A stretch of 64,000 bases of DNA from Carcharhinus amblyrhynchos (taxonomy: Eukaryota). This document shows, piece by piece, positions 23,990-35,759 of the stretch. The notes beneath the pieces were generated by a model. That model worked only from the letters and a program-made list of their open reading frames with translations. It was not told where the DNA came from and ran no database searches. The translations under genes were made by a program, and so were the position numbers. Every line of letters begins with the position of its first letter. Within the stretch, counting starts at the first letter, position 1. Where the stretch lies: NCBI GenBank assembly GCA_965287045.1, contig OZ336884.1, positions 45,942,001-46,006,000 of the forward strand, in the 5' to 3' direction.

Positions 23990-24770
23990 TAATCTTGTAC
24001 GAGTGTGTGTGAGGTCATATGAAGTTATTCATTTTGGTAAATTAAAGCAGGATCTGACACACGCTATCATAAACAATTAACAGAACTTTATTTTTTAAAC
24101 TGGTGGCAAGTTATTAAAACAATTAACAAACTGAACAAAATCCCAATAGAATGCTGCTCGAATACGACAAGACTCATTTAGAATTATGAAATAAATTACA
24201 GAATTCAGTCACTCTCAACTATTATATAACCAGGCATCTTTTGGAAATATAAACTTTCTCTGGTGACGCTCCCATCTGGAATAATTTCTGAGTTGGTCTC
24301 TCTCTCTATTTAGATGGTAATTTTATGAAGGCTATATGAAGCTGCAGGATTTACATGAGAGCCTTGTCAGCCCTACTTCTGACTCGAGGTACCAAGCATA
24401 CTCATGACAGTTACCCTCTCTTGCCTGGATTATATACCTGGAATGACCTCAGTATTCTTGTGATCTGAATGGCATGAGGCTGTCAGCAACCTCACATTTG
24501 AATTCCATTGGATCTGGGTTTCTTTGCGCTTGCTTTAAATTCATTGGCCCAGTTCAAAAGCTTGTTTTTGTTAGGTTGGAACACTGACTGCTAGACTTTG
24601 TTGCAAAGACCTGACTCTGCAGCCTGCTTTCTGCAATTTAAAAATCCACTCAAAAATACCTGTTTTTTTTGAAAGAGACAATGCAGTATGATTTCTTCTT
24701 TTGGTTTTTGCATTTCTTTTCACTATTTGCATTTGTCAAACACCACAATTGTAACCTTACATATGCAACT
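23990..24770. mobile_element. Possible solo-LTR-like remnant
   Basis: About 780 bp of non-coding sequence with a reversed poly(A) signal (TTTATT ~24087) and LTR-like texture. No internal ORF. Weak evidence. Confidence 0.3.
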
Positions 24771-25879
24771 TCACAATACATCTAACAATGTTCTATAATG
24801 TCCTTACATTTTCAAAGCTTGAGGCAACATAAAACACACACAACTTGAGAATATTTCAGATAGCCTTTGACATCAAAGCTCTTAATCCAGCTAAACAAAT
24901 GTAAGGATGTCACTTTTATGTTGTACATATCCATAAGAAAAAATCACTACATAAACAGAGTAAGGAAACACTTCTCATTGTTTAACATGGAACGTTGTAT
25001 TCAGTAAGGTACCAAAGTCTGCTGAAGCAGGTACTGCAGAGTGAACCAATGACATCCCTGATTCATAGAAGGTTCTTTGTGCACTCAACGCAATTATGAA
25101 GAGAACTTTAGTAGTCTTCAAAATAGAGACTCACATTTTATGATTCATTATTACATGAACTCAGACTGCCAATTATCCTTCCCAGCAGTTTTCGCCTTCC
25201 TTTCAGATTTCCAGCATCTACAGTATATGGCTATTTTCTCCATTTCACACTTAGCTTTCCCATTTTTCCATCCACAAAGTCTCAGTCATGTGTACCTTCT
25301 GTGTGTCTTCCCGTTGTCTGAAATTAGAGTCATCTCATTCATTTAACTATCTTTTTTTCCCAAAAAATACTTGATTATCCATTCTACCTTTCGTTTGTGG
25401 GGTGTGCTTTTACCTTTCCCATTCTCTTATTTTGTTACTTTCATCTGGATTTTATTTTATTATTCTGATACTGAAACCATTAATTTGTCTCTTTCTCTGT
25501 CCATAGATGCTGACTGGCTTTCTAAATGTTTCCAACATTTTCAACTTCAGTTTCAGATTTCCAATATCTACAGTTTATTTTCTGTCTGCTTTTTGATGAT
25601 TACCCACACAAAATAAAACAAGCAGATTCAATTTTGTGCACTCCATTGATGAATAGGAAGTCCTATTTCTTCAAATTTAATTTAAATCAAGGTTGTATAC
25701 AATCCATACCCACTTCAGATAGTATGGAGCAGTGGGCAGGGTCAATTAAAAGTATGTTGTACATACTCTGGTAATCTGGTGCAAAATTTAGAAATGTAGT
25801 ATGGAATGTAAGATATTAAGGTAAACAGGAAATGATGCTAGATTATTTCAACTTCCACTCCATTGTCTATCATATATAT

Positions 25880-26238
25880 TTTTTTTAATCCACTCGTGGG
25901 ACATGAATCGCTGGCTGGCCAGCATTTATTATGCATCCCTTGTTGCTCTTGTTCGGGGGCAGTTGATAGTCAACCATATTGCTGTGGATCTGGAGTCGCA
26001 TGTCAGCCAGACCAGGCAAAGATGGCAGATCTCCTTCCCTCAAGGACATTAGTGAACCAAATGAGTTTTCCGACAAACAAGAAGAGTTTCATGGTCATCA
26101 GTGGATTCTTAATTCCAAATTATTTTAATTGAATTCAAATGCCACCATCTGCTGTGGCGGGATTCGAACCTGGATCCCCAGAACATTAGCTGAGTTTCTG
26201 CATTAATAATCCAATGATAATATCACTAAGCCATCACT
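25880..26238 (-). mobile_element. tRNA-derived SINE with CR1-like tail
   Basis: Reverse B box GGATTCGAACC (~26160) and reverse A-box region (~26222-26237). The tail is GCTGGCCAGCATTTATT...CATCCCT with a T-run at 25880. Confidence 0.75.
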
Positions 26239-26819
26239 TTACCTATTTTACCCAGGATGTGTATTTAGTACAAAGTAGTTAAAAATATTACATTAAAACT
26301 GCAGACTAATCATTTCTAAGAGCAATGTTATTATGCCTAGTGCACACATCTGTGTTAAATTCTATCTTCATTATTTTATCAGGAAGCTTAGCATGATTAA
26401 AATCAATGGGTTAGTAGTTTAAAATGATGGAAAGATAAATTTGAGATCAGCATGTTGAGCATGAATATATCACTCCACTAATTTCCAGACTTGTATATTT
26501 TATAGAATAAATATATTTCCATTAGCTTACAGCAGTAATTTATTCTTTGCACTCTCCACACATTTATAAACAAAAACCTGAGCAAATTACAAATTCACCA
26601 TTATCATTTGATTGAATAGTTGTTCTTTAATCATACTTGTCCATCTTTATGTCACAAATGAGAGTAAAGACCATCGAATAAATTTGTCATTAAGATTTTA
26701 TTTACGTGATCCAATTAAATAATGATGACACCAAGTTCCTACTGCACTCAAATCTAACATAACTATGATTAGATTCAATGAAATGTTGTTAAATAGCTTA
26801 GCATATATAAATATGCAAA

Positions 26820-26972
26820 AGACGTGCTGGTTGGGTATATTGGCCATACTAAATTTTCCCTCAATGCATCTGAACAGACACCGCCAGAGTGTGGCAGCTA
26901 GGAGATTTCACAGCAAGTTCATTGCAATGTTAATATAAGCCTACTTGTGACACTAATAAATAAACTAAAAAC
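26820..26972 (+). mobile_element. HE1-like SINE 3' half
   Basis: Matches 11588-11735, with tail AATAAATAAACT. Confidence 0.8.
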
Positions 26973-27228
26973 TAAACTTACCTATTTATCTTGCTCATCA
27001 GTGCACAAAACATAATTTAAATTATTAGCTTAGGAAGGAAATAAAGTCTTGAGCTTGCCCCTGTAATAGTCATTTGTTGAAGGGCTACATGATGGGATAA
27101 AACAATTACTGAAGACCACGTTAAGTTGGAACATTTTAAGAAATAGGAATTTACTTCCGGGCATTAAGGTGACACAGTAGGTTAGCACTGCTGCCTTACA
27201 GCGCCAGGGACCTGCGTTCAATTCCAGC

Positions 27229-28042
27229 AAGAAGTCTCACAACACCAGGTTTAACTCCAACCAGTTTATTTGATAGTAATCCTACAAGCTTTCAGAAATG
27301 GTGTTCCTTCATCAGGTGTGTGGAAGGTTCTGATCAGAGAAAGACATGTAAAGACACACACAGTTTATAAAATACTGATTGGAATGCAAGTCTTTGCAGC
27401 TAACCTGCTATTCAAGTCTTAAAGATGCAGACAATGTACGTGGAGATAGCATTAGCATAGGTTAAAGAGATGTGTATTGTCTCCAGACAGGACAGTAAGT
27501 GAGATTTTACAAGCCCAGGCAAGTCAAGGGAAATCTCCCCAATGTACCAATGCTTCGGGACATCCTTTCCTGCAGCGTATTAGGTAGACAACATTGGCCA
27601 AGTTGCCAGAGTATGTACATGGCACATCCTGATAGCCAAGTTATGCACACGAGGACGGCCTCAACCGGGATCTGGAGTTCATGTCGCACTATCTGTAACC
27701 CCCATGACTTGCCTGGGCTTGTAAAATCTCACTTACTGTCCTGTCTGGAGACAATACAAATCTCTTTAACCTATGCTAATGGTATCTCCATTCACATTGT
27801 CTACATCTTTAAGACTTGAATAGCAGGTTAACTGCAAAGACTTGCATTCTAATTAGTATTCTGTAAACCGTGTGTGTATTTATACGCCCTTCTCTGATCA
27901 GAACCTTCCACACACCTGATGAAGGAACACCGTTTCCGAAAGCATGTGGGATTACTATCAAATAAACTGGTTGGACTTAAACCTGGTGTTGTGAGACTTC
28001 TTACTGTGTTTACCCCAGTCCAACGCCGGCATCTCTACATCA
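27229..28042. mobile_element. Long palindromic Penelope-like insertion (copy 3) with GIY-YIG remnant and hammerhead cores
   Basis: ~300-bp inverted arms 27229-27530 and 27701-28003. 12-bp TSD TTCAATTCCAGC at 27217-27228 and 28043-28054. The spacer encodes NLANVVYLIRCRKGCPEA/WYIGE on - and HEDGLNRDLEFMSHYL* on +. Confidence 0.92.
27913..27948 (+). ncRNA. Minimal type-I hammerhead ribozyme motif (mirror copy on - at ~27283-27320)
   Basis: CAC-CTGATGA-A-GGAA(CACCGT)TTCC-GAAA-GCAT-GTG. The minus-arm copy retains GAAAGCTT. Confidence 0.7.
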
Positions 28043-28309
28043 TTCAATTCCAGCCTCAGGTCACTGTCTGCGTCTTTGCACATTCTCCCCGTGTCTGCGC
28101 GAGTTTTCTCCAGGTGCTCAGGTTTCCTCCCACACTCCAAAGATGTGCATGGTTAAGTGGATTGGCCAAGCTAAAATTGCTGCTTAATGTCAGAGGGACT
28201 AGCAGTGTAAACGCAGTGGGGTATGGGAATAGGGCCTGGGTGGGATTGTCATTGGTGCAGGCTCAATGGGCCTAATGGCCTTCTCCTGCACTGTAGGGAC
28301 TCTATCATA

Positions 28310-29520
28310 CCTGACTCTGAGGAGAGTCCGAGGACTCCACCTCCTGGCAGGCCCAAGAGTTCCAGGCATGGGCACAGGATGACAGGACGTGAATGCACTG
28401 TTTTCATTGTTTTAAAGTTAAAGAGTCTGACCATCCAGGACATTGGGACCCATAGGCATGGTGCAAAAACAAGGGTTTCAAGACCCAGCTTTAGCATGAT
28501 AAGGGAGACCACCCAGACAGGGAGGTCATTACAGAAGAGGTCAGAGGAAGTGAGACTATTGGTAGGAACCAGCTCGGAGATGAGCCCCTGGGATTGGATA
28601 TGTTGGGCAGCTAAAGAGAAGGCTCCGGACAGCAAAAGTACTACAGTGAAAGCTTAGGAAAAGTCCTTGAGAGCTGAAAAGCAGCATAAGGCTAATAACT
28701 CCATGTTACAGACTGATGGGTGACAGGTAATCCTTTGGAGCAGTGGTGTTCAGCTCAGCATGGCAAAAGAGTTGGAGTTGTGCCCATGAGTTGGTGTAAT
28801 TGCAGTTTTCGGACACTTGTTTAAGTAGTCTCTGTTGAGGAGGGAAACCCACTAAGAAGTCTCACAACATCAGGTTAAAGTCCAACAGGTTTATTTGGTA
28901 GCAAAAGCCACGAGCTTTCAGAGCACTCCCCTTCATCAGGTGACTCACCTGTTGGGTTTTAACCTGCTGTTGTGAGACTTCCGACTGTGTTTACCCCCAG
29001 CCCAACACTGGCAATCTCCGCATCATGAGGGAGGAAACCACGAGGAAATGAATAGTCACTGAGGTAGTCTGAGTCAGAGTGATTTTTACAGGGAATTCAG
29101 AAACTAGACCTTCAAAAGAGAAGAATTGAAATCTCTTGCGAGGGAGATAGAGTTTTAATGAGATTGTGTAATTCACAGTAGACACTGTCTTCTTGGCGGG
29201 TTGCTGAGAAATCCATGGGACCTGTCTTAGTTGTGTTTATTTATTATGAAGTATGATGTGACTGACCACAGTTTGTCTATTAATTATATGTACCTCATGT
29301 TGATTCTGAATGTTGGGGTCTGAATATTAGAGCAATGGGGAATTATTTTGTTTTTCTGACTTTGTAAAGTTTATTTTGTTTGGTTAAAAACTGTGGAATC
29401 TTCTAGCTTTATTCACTTATTAGATACCTGGCACTTCAAACTTTGTCCATCTTAAACAAAATGATATTAGCCCTAAGCCAGATTTTAACATAAATTTTGG
29501 GGAAATAGCTTTGTAACAAG
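28310..29520 (+). mobile_element. Possible LTR-like remnant hosting palindromic copy 4
   Basis: Purine-rich 5' part and T-rich 3' part ending TTGTAACA at ~29518. No coding motifs. Confidence 0.35.
28853..29025. mobile_element. Palindromic Penelope-derived element (copy 4), right-arm ribozyme deleted
   Basis: Left arm 28853-28943 is intact. The right arm jumps TCACCT|GTTGG. Imperfect TSD TGAGGAGGGAAACCCAC / TGAGGGAGGAAACCAC. Confidence 0.85.
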
Positions 29521-29898
29521 ATGTAGAAGTATTTAATTGTTGGTGGCAGACCCATTCATATTTTTCACACAACCAGTGGAATATCTAGAACAAATAAGGC
29601 AACAGGCATTTCAACAAAGTCATGGGCGACCCTTGATATTCATACATGGCAAGGTTGCAATAAAGCAATTACTATAATAAATCCTTTTATTCTGTTATTC
29701 TATGAACAACTGTGCTTTATGAATAAATATCAAATGGCAAGTAGAGCCACCTAACTATATGGTTCAAGTTACTCTGATTCAAATGTCATTAAAATCTCTA
29801 TTCAACTTATCTGAAAGTGCAAGTGATGCATGAATGGATCAATGTACGATGTGTTGCACAGTTTGTACAGTCGGTAAGAAACAATTCCCTCCACTCAC

Positions 29899-29961
29899 CA
29901 ACACAATTTGTATTGCCCTGATCCCCTTAGATCAGCTAACTCCAGAAGCTCTCCAGTCAGT
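29899..29961 (-). pseudogene. Exon remnant (63 nt)
   Basis: ctgcctcatttcAG|ACTGACTGG...TGTGTTG|GTGAGT; DQGNT followed by LVSG. Confidence 0.5.
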
Positions 29962-30053
29962 CTGAAATGAGGCAGATCATTTTATTTGCCTTCTTGCTAA
30001 AATAGCACCCCCTGTGGTATTTTTAACGTTTAACAAAAATGCATGTAACTCAC

Positions 30054-30150
30054 CTCAGGAGCAAAAAAAATTGTGAAAACACTGAACAATTTCACATATT
30101 CAGCAAAATGAAGACAATGGAATCACAGTAGGAACAGGGAAATTATATGT
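30054..30150 (-). pseudogene. Exon remnant (97 nt)
   Basis: ttcttttcttgcAG|ACATATAATT...CCTGAG|GTGAGT; gives HIIS/CSYCDSIVFILLNM*NCSVFSQFF/APE with stops in all frames. Confidence 0.6.
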
Positions 30151-30539
30151 CTGCAAGAAAAGAATGCATCAGTTTCAAACTCTTTATTGAGTATTATAGT
30201 AGAACATCCTCTATCAGCACATTTGGCATTTTCAAAAATTACTGCCTGCAGCTGTTGCAATCTCTATACAAATTATGGTATTTCTTTGATTAGAAATGAG
30301 TTATCATTGGTCATTCTTTTTTAAAAAAATGAAGTTCTTTGCAATTTAACGTGAAGTTACATTTTTGTTTCACCAGCGCAGGAGGAGTAACAATATGGCA
30401 TTTATAGATATATGATTTGATTATAAACAGTTTCTCCCAAATGTGGTGAGGGAATGTAAAAACTTGCTTCATGCTCACAATGATGAGATCACAATCTTAA
30501 CTGTGACATTTAGGAAGGAACAAAATAAAACAAAATCGA

Positions 30540-30810
30540 GAGATCAATCACTATGCTGACTATCTTTGCTCATTTATTACTGTCCAAAACAAAACTTTCA
30601 AGAACAGGCTTTCTGCTGTTTGTGATTCCATCCCTTTCTCTGGCAATTGTCAGCCTGTTTATAACCTTGGTGCCAGATTTGATTGCGAGATGGGCATCTG
30701 ACCACATACTGGGCCATCACAAAGACCAGCTCTTTCTATCCAAGAAAGCTCCCTGAGATGAAAGTGAGAACCCTGATGCTGCAAGTGGTGGGAACGTAAC
30801 AGGCACCACA
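30540..30810 (-). pseudogene. Candidate exon remnant
   Basis: SIRVLTFISGSFLG*, AGLCDGPV and KPVLESFVLD occur across frameshifts. Confidence 0.4.
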
Positions 30811-32348
30811 AGGAAACACAGCAGCATTTGGTAGAATGAATCTGTGTTAAAATAATTTACTTTTTGGGGGAACTGGGTGGAAATGAAAACTAGCGGAAGT
30901 TTAGAAACATTGTAGTGAACATTTGAGTATAAACTAACACTTGAGTATAAAGTATCACTTTTGCTATGTAACAGAAGAAAATAGATGCTGAGTCTGAAGA
31001 AAGGATTAATGCCTGGACAAACTTAGATGATGGTTACATAATGTAGATTGAGTCTAGGAAAAGTAATCAAATTCAGAGAAGAGTTAAGTGCGAGCTATTA
31101 TTTAATTCTGGGCCAGAGAAAGACAGATGTCCGGTTCATCAACAGACAGAGGTGAGATCAGGAATTGAGAGATTGTGGGTTCTGGATTGGAAATCAGTGT
31201 GAAATAAAGAACAAGAGACAGCAAAATATTGATCCAAATCTTTCTGTCTCCAGATTGTTGAAGATAAGATGCAAGATGGAAGATGTGCATCAGGCCCCTG
31301 TGGAAATTCTGATATATGGACATACTTGGAAATTGTCTGGGAAACTTGTTTGGGCTGTTTTCTGATGCTTGGGACCCTACACAAATGTCTCTCACCCTCA
31401 GCTCAGGGTAAGACATGATTCAGGTATGAATACTTACTCAGGAAATGTTACACTGTTTAATACCTATTCTAAGACAGAGGTTAGGTAGAATTGCTGAACT
31501 GAACATCACAATCACACCTCCCCTCTACTCCCTCCCCACCCAATCATCACACCACCAACCATCCCCTGACACGACTATCTCCCCTGCCGACCAGCCATCA
31601 ACTAGACCCAACTGCTCATTCATCTATTCAATATAAGACCCGTATCTTAAAAATTCTCCCTGGATACAGCAGTTAACGTCGTGAAAAGGGGGTATCTCTT
31701 CTTGCGCCTAATGGAGAGGCTGCGCTGATTCTTCGATGCTTCAGCCATGATCAGGAGATATGGCTGAAAAATCACTAAAAGCAGAAATATTCATCGGCAA
31801 AATCAGCGCACTCAACATCAACCCTGACTGGAAGATTTGAGCAATTGCATTCAGTTCCTGGGAGAACGTGGTTACTGACTCAGGAAAGTATGATGGCTGC
31901 CTCCTGGAATTGTGGTGGACAGCGATGTGGCTTTTCAGAGTGCTGAAAAATTTAAAGTTACCTAACTTTACGTCACCAGAGAGAGGAGAAACTTGGTTGC
32001 ATTAGAACCACAAGTCTGAAGTAACATAGGAGCAGGTGCGGGCCATAAAACCCCTTGTTGAAATTTTCTGGCTGCTCACACTGGGGGATCTTCCAGTTCA
32101 ACCGATGGTGCAACTTCAGTGGTCATGGATATATTCAACAGGAGAACCCGTTGACTGCCAGAAGATCCCACCATTGGCTAATGACAGACTGCCTTTACCG
32201 CCATGAAATATACACTGGATTGCACCGAAAATCACACCCCTTGAGTCTGCTCTGCTATCCAAATAGATCAAAGCTCAACTCAACTCGCCTGTTGATCCCG
32301 TTGCCTGGTAACAAGATCCAGAATGAACGTAGGGAATAATGGAACGTA

Positions 32349-32547
32349 ATCTGAAACTAAAACAGAAATGCTGGAGAATCTCATGCAGGTCTGGCAGCAT
32401 CTTTAAGGAGAGAAAACAGCTGACCTTTTAAGTCCAGATAATCCTTTGTCTGGATTGTCTGGACTCGAAACGTCAGTTCTTTTCTCTCCTTACAGATGCT
32501 GCCAGACCTGCTGAGATTTTCCAGCATTTTCTCTTTTGGTTTCAGAT
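32349..32547. mobile_element. Second-family palindromic Penelope-derived element with partial hammerhead
   Basis: ~95-bp inverted arms ATCTGAAAC...AGTCCAGATAATCC and GGATTGTCTGGACTC-GAAACGTC...GTTTCAGAT. Decayed single arms at ~25180-25230 and ~25490-25590. Confidence 0.8.
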
Positions 32548-32549
32548 CT

Positions 32550-33320
32550 GCTGTAATTTGCTTTTATGGAATGGTGTATACTTAGCAACATGGAAGAATC
32601 TGCCAGCAGCCCGCATTCAAAGGGGCTGATGCGATGCGCCTTTTTCCCGAGTAATAAAGTTAGCAGACATCTAGATAAGATCAGATATAAATGGCCCAAT
32701 CATCAGGAAACATTTTATGGAGATGACTGAGAGATTGGGGAGGCATACAGATGCTAATTTCCAAGAGTCAGAAATGTAGGAGAGACAGACGACCCAATGT
32801 ACAGTGAGCAGATTCAGGGTTATAATTGTGAACTTCTGCAAAAGAAGACAAGCCAGTTTAACATGTCACCGTAAGGCCTGCAGTCTACTATCACATAGGA
32901 AGACCAGGGTAACAGCAAACAAGCTAATAGAAGCGGTCCTGTCAGCTAAGTTAATGCAGAAACCTTCATAAAAGCAGCTTCATTATTGTCACTAAACCAG
33001 GCAAAGATGCTTCACAGATGGATCATCCTTCTGGTATTGTCTGGTAACTGTAAGCTGGATTTGACTTATAGATTTGTTTAAAGTAGGTATTATTTGGGGA
33101 ACTTGCTGAGTTCAGGTCTCGGGGATATAGTTTGGAACAAGTGATAATTTCTCGATAAAACTATATGTACGTGTATTATTCCAGTGTTTATGTGTCTGAC
33201 AGAATTATAGTCCTGTTCATGTGTATCTGTCTTTTCTTTCATTTAATAAATTGCCTTTAGTAATTAATACACTGTGACTGGACTGCTTATTCTCACGAGT
33301 GGTTTCATGTGACTTCTTAC
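32550..33320 (+). mobile_element. Possible solo-LTR-like remnant
   Basis: Starts TGTAAT, has AATAAA at ~33245 and a T-rich 3' part. No ORF. Confidence 0.35.
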
Positions 33321-33399
33321 ACCATTTCAAAAAACAGTAATATATACCACCATGAACAACGTCTCACATTGAGGCACTTCACAATAACATCAGTGTGGT

Positions 33400-33830
33400 T
33401 TGTGTCACCATTAATCCTACAACTCTCTTGGCATCCAAAATCTATCAAACTGAATCTTGAACATACCCAATGACTGAATATGCCATCTGTCTGGGATGGA
33501 GAATTCCAAAGATTCACAGGGGTAGTGAAATTTCTCATTTTCCCAACTGGCCACCTGATAATCCTCAGAGTTATGCCCCCTAGATTCTTATCATTTTAAA
33601 CCAAAATCTGTCTTTACTACATTTGCAGACTCTGCATTGTCCTCACAGCTTACTTTCCCACCTATCTTGTATCAGCAGCAAACCCGGACACATTATTCTA
33701 TTCAGTCTCTTCATCTAAGTAATTAATATAAATTGTAAATAGGTAAGACCCCAGCATTGACACTCTGCACCCCATTAGTAACTGCTTGCCAACCTGAAAA
33801 TGGACCGTTGGGTCCTACGATTCTCTGTCC
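33400..33830 (-). mobile_element. Decayed CR1 fragments
   Basis: RNFTTPVNLWNS remnant, plus a reverse SGVQSVNAGV/FTIYIN/FADT region. Confidence 0.65.
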
Positions 33831-34129
33831 TTCAAACAAACATATTTTGAAATGGTGGAGAAAGATTAATTACTGCTATTTAATGGAAATTGTTTGTCCT
33901 AGTACAAGAAACATTGGAAATTTATATGCAAAGCAAACAATCATGATTACATTTTTTTTCAAGGCGGTTGGAATACAATAGTAAGGAAGTTTTGCTGGAA
34001 TTGTACAGGGGTTTGGTGAGACCATGAGCGAGATTTTCTCCAATATTGGCAAAGATTGATGCCAGAAAAGCAGCACTGAAGATACCAAAAGCAATGGCTG
34101 CTTTTTATGCCATCACCTTCTTTGGCAAT

Positions 34130-35420
34130 CACTTGTTAACGAGTACTATTGTCCAACTAAGAAACCGTGTTACTGGTCATGGGTTCTAAGGGTCCTTGCA
34201 TGGCTGAGGAGACCAATCTGAGAGCAGCTGCATCTTTAACCACATACTTAGCATGTGTCCCTGGGCGGTGGGTTCAGTCCATAGACTCCAGATCAGTGGC
34301 ATCCTTTCTCAGGCCTCCTCTTGCATTTGATGTCCTCAGGTCAGTGGAGAGGTTTCAGACGATCATGGCCTCTATGCTGGTGCTCTTGGCTCCTTCAAAG
34401 TTACTGATGTTAATACGCCTGTCCTGCCAGCTGACACAGAGAATCTATCTTAGAGAGCATTGATGGTACTGCTCCAGGCTGAGGTGGTGAACGTAATCCA
34501 AGTTTCTGAGCCCTATGGGAAAGTTGGGACAACAACACGAGGATCTTGGTGTCAGCCCAAATGTCATGGTCATCAAAGACTTAGGCATCTGAAGACAGCG
34601 TTCCTGAATTAGATACAGTGTTGGATCTCTTTATTGATGTTACCATTCGATGAGAGGTGGCTCCCCAGGTAAGGGAAATGTTCCACATTTGGGATCTTTA
34701 CTCTGTTGATCTTGATGGAGGGAGAGACTGGATATTGCCCTGGGCAGGTTTGTAAAGGACGTGAGTCTTCTTGAGATTGAAGTTTAGCTTTGGTATGCTT
34801 TCACAAAGGCGTCAAGCATGGCTTGGAGATTCAATTCTGACACAGCAGAGATGGTAATGTCATCCACATACTGAAGTTCCACAAGTGATGTCAGTGTCAT
34901 TTTCTTCTAGGTTTCAACCAGCTGAGCTAGAAAAGTTTTCCCACCATTCCGTAGCTGTTGTCCATCCATGGGGAAGCTTGTTCTTGACAAGCTGAAGGAT
35001 GGTGGTGAAAAGGATGGGGGCAACACACATCCCTGCTCGACTCCAGTCTTGACCTCGAAGGTTTCTGTCCTATTTCCGACAGTGAGGACTGTCGCCTTTT
35101 TCCACTTTTTGGCATTACAGCTTTTTCTGCCAAATATTGCAAGACTGTGGGAAGGCAGGTAGTTGTTCCAAGTTGTATCGCCAGCAGGTAGCTTTTGATT
35201 TGCCCAGTCCGCTATCAACTCAGCAATTATATGGTCTAGGTGCCATTTTCAAAGGCCGTCCCAGTGCACAGTGGGCCAACGGGAATCAGTTTTTATCCGA
35301 GTGCACTCCTGGCTTCACCCTGCACTCACCTTCCTGTCTCCTGGGAGCACTGCTTGCTACATTAACACATTCTAAGCCCAGTAGATTTCACAAACTGACA
35401 CGAACAGGAATGGATAATTC
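34130..35420 (-). mobile_element. RTE-clade LINE remnant
   Basis: FEVKTGVEQGCVLP (ORF 34907-35218), LQYVDD at ~34858-34875 on -, and F.YLGS.LS at ~34655-34685. Confidence 0.8.
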
Positions 35421-35759
35421 TGGCTTACATCTGGAGTACTATTCCTAATTCTGATCTCTTGCAGGATGGAGAGACTTGCTTTAGAAGAGATGCAATGAAG
35501 ATTCACTCTTCATGCTCCAACTCCATGAACACCTATCTTGTGTTACCTGTTCATGTGACATCTTTCAAAATGCTTTCTTAAGGTCCCAGGCCAGAATATT
35601 ACAGTCATTCATGCCGGCGGGGTCCCACTGCAGTGAACTGAGATTTGGTCAAGTGCCAAATTCTCTGACTGAACTATAGTGGGAGTGTGACATGAGCAGC
35701 CAGTGAGATCACGCCACAAATATGCTTCACACACTGATTCCCCTTCATCTACTCATGTT

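Larger units (their letters stand above)
27168..28306 (+). mobile_element. HE1-like SINE split by a Penelope-derived insertion
   Basis: The head at 27168-27228 continues seamlessly at 28055 (CTCAGGTCACTGTCTG...) and runs to CTGTAGGGACTCTAT. Confidence 0.9.

Noticed and set aside
26980-27135. Possible terminal WD40-gene exon (donor AG|GTAAGT at ~26977-26984; CSP/QQMTITG)
   Set aside because: Similarity too short and frameshifted to support.
30950-31960. Purine-rich and CpG-containing stretches resembling gag or exon remnants
   Set aside because: No diagnostic motif could be read in any frame.
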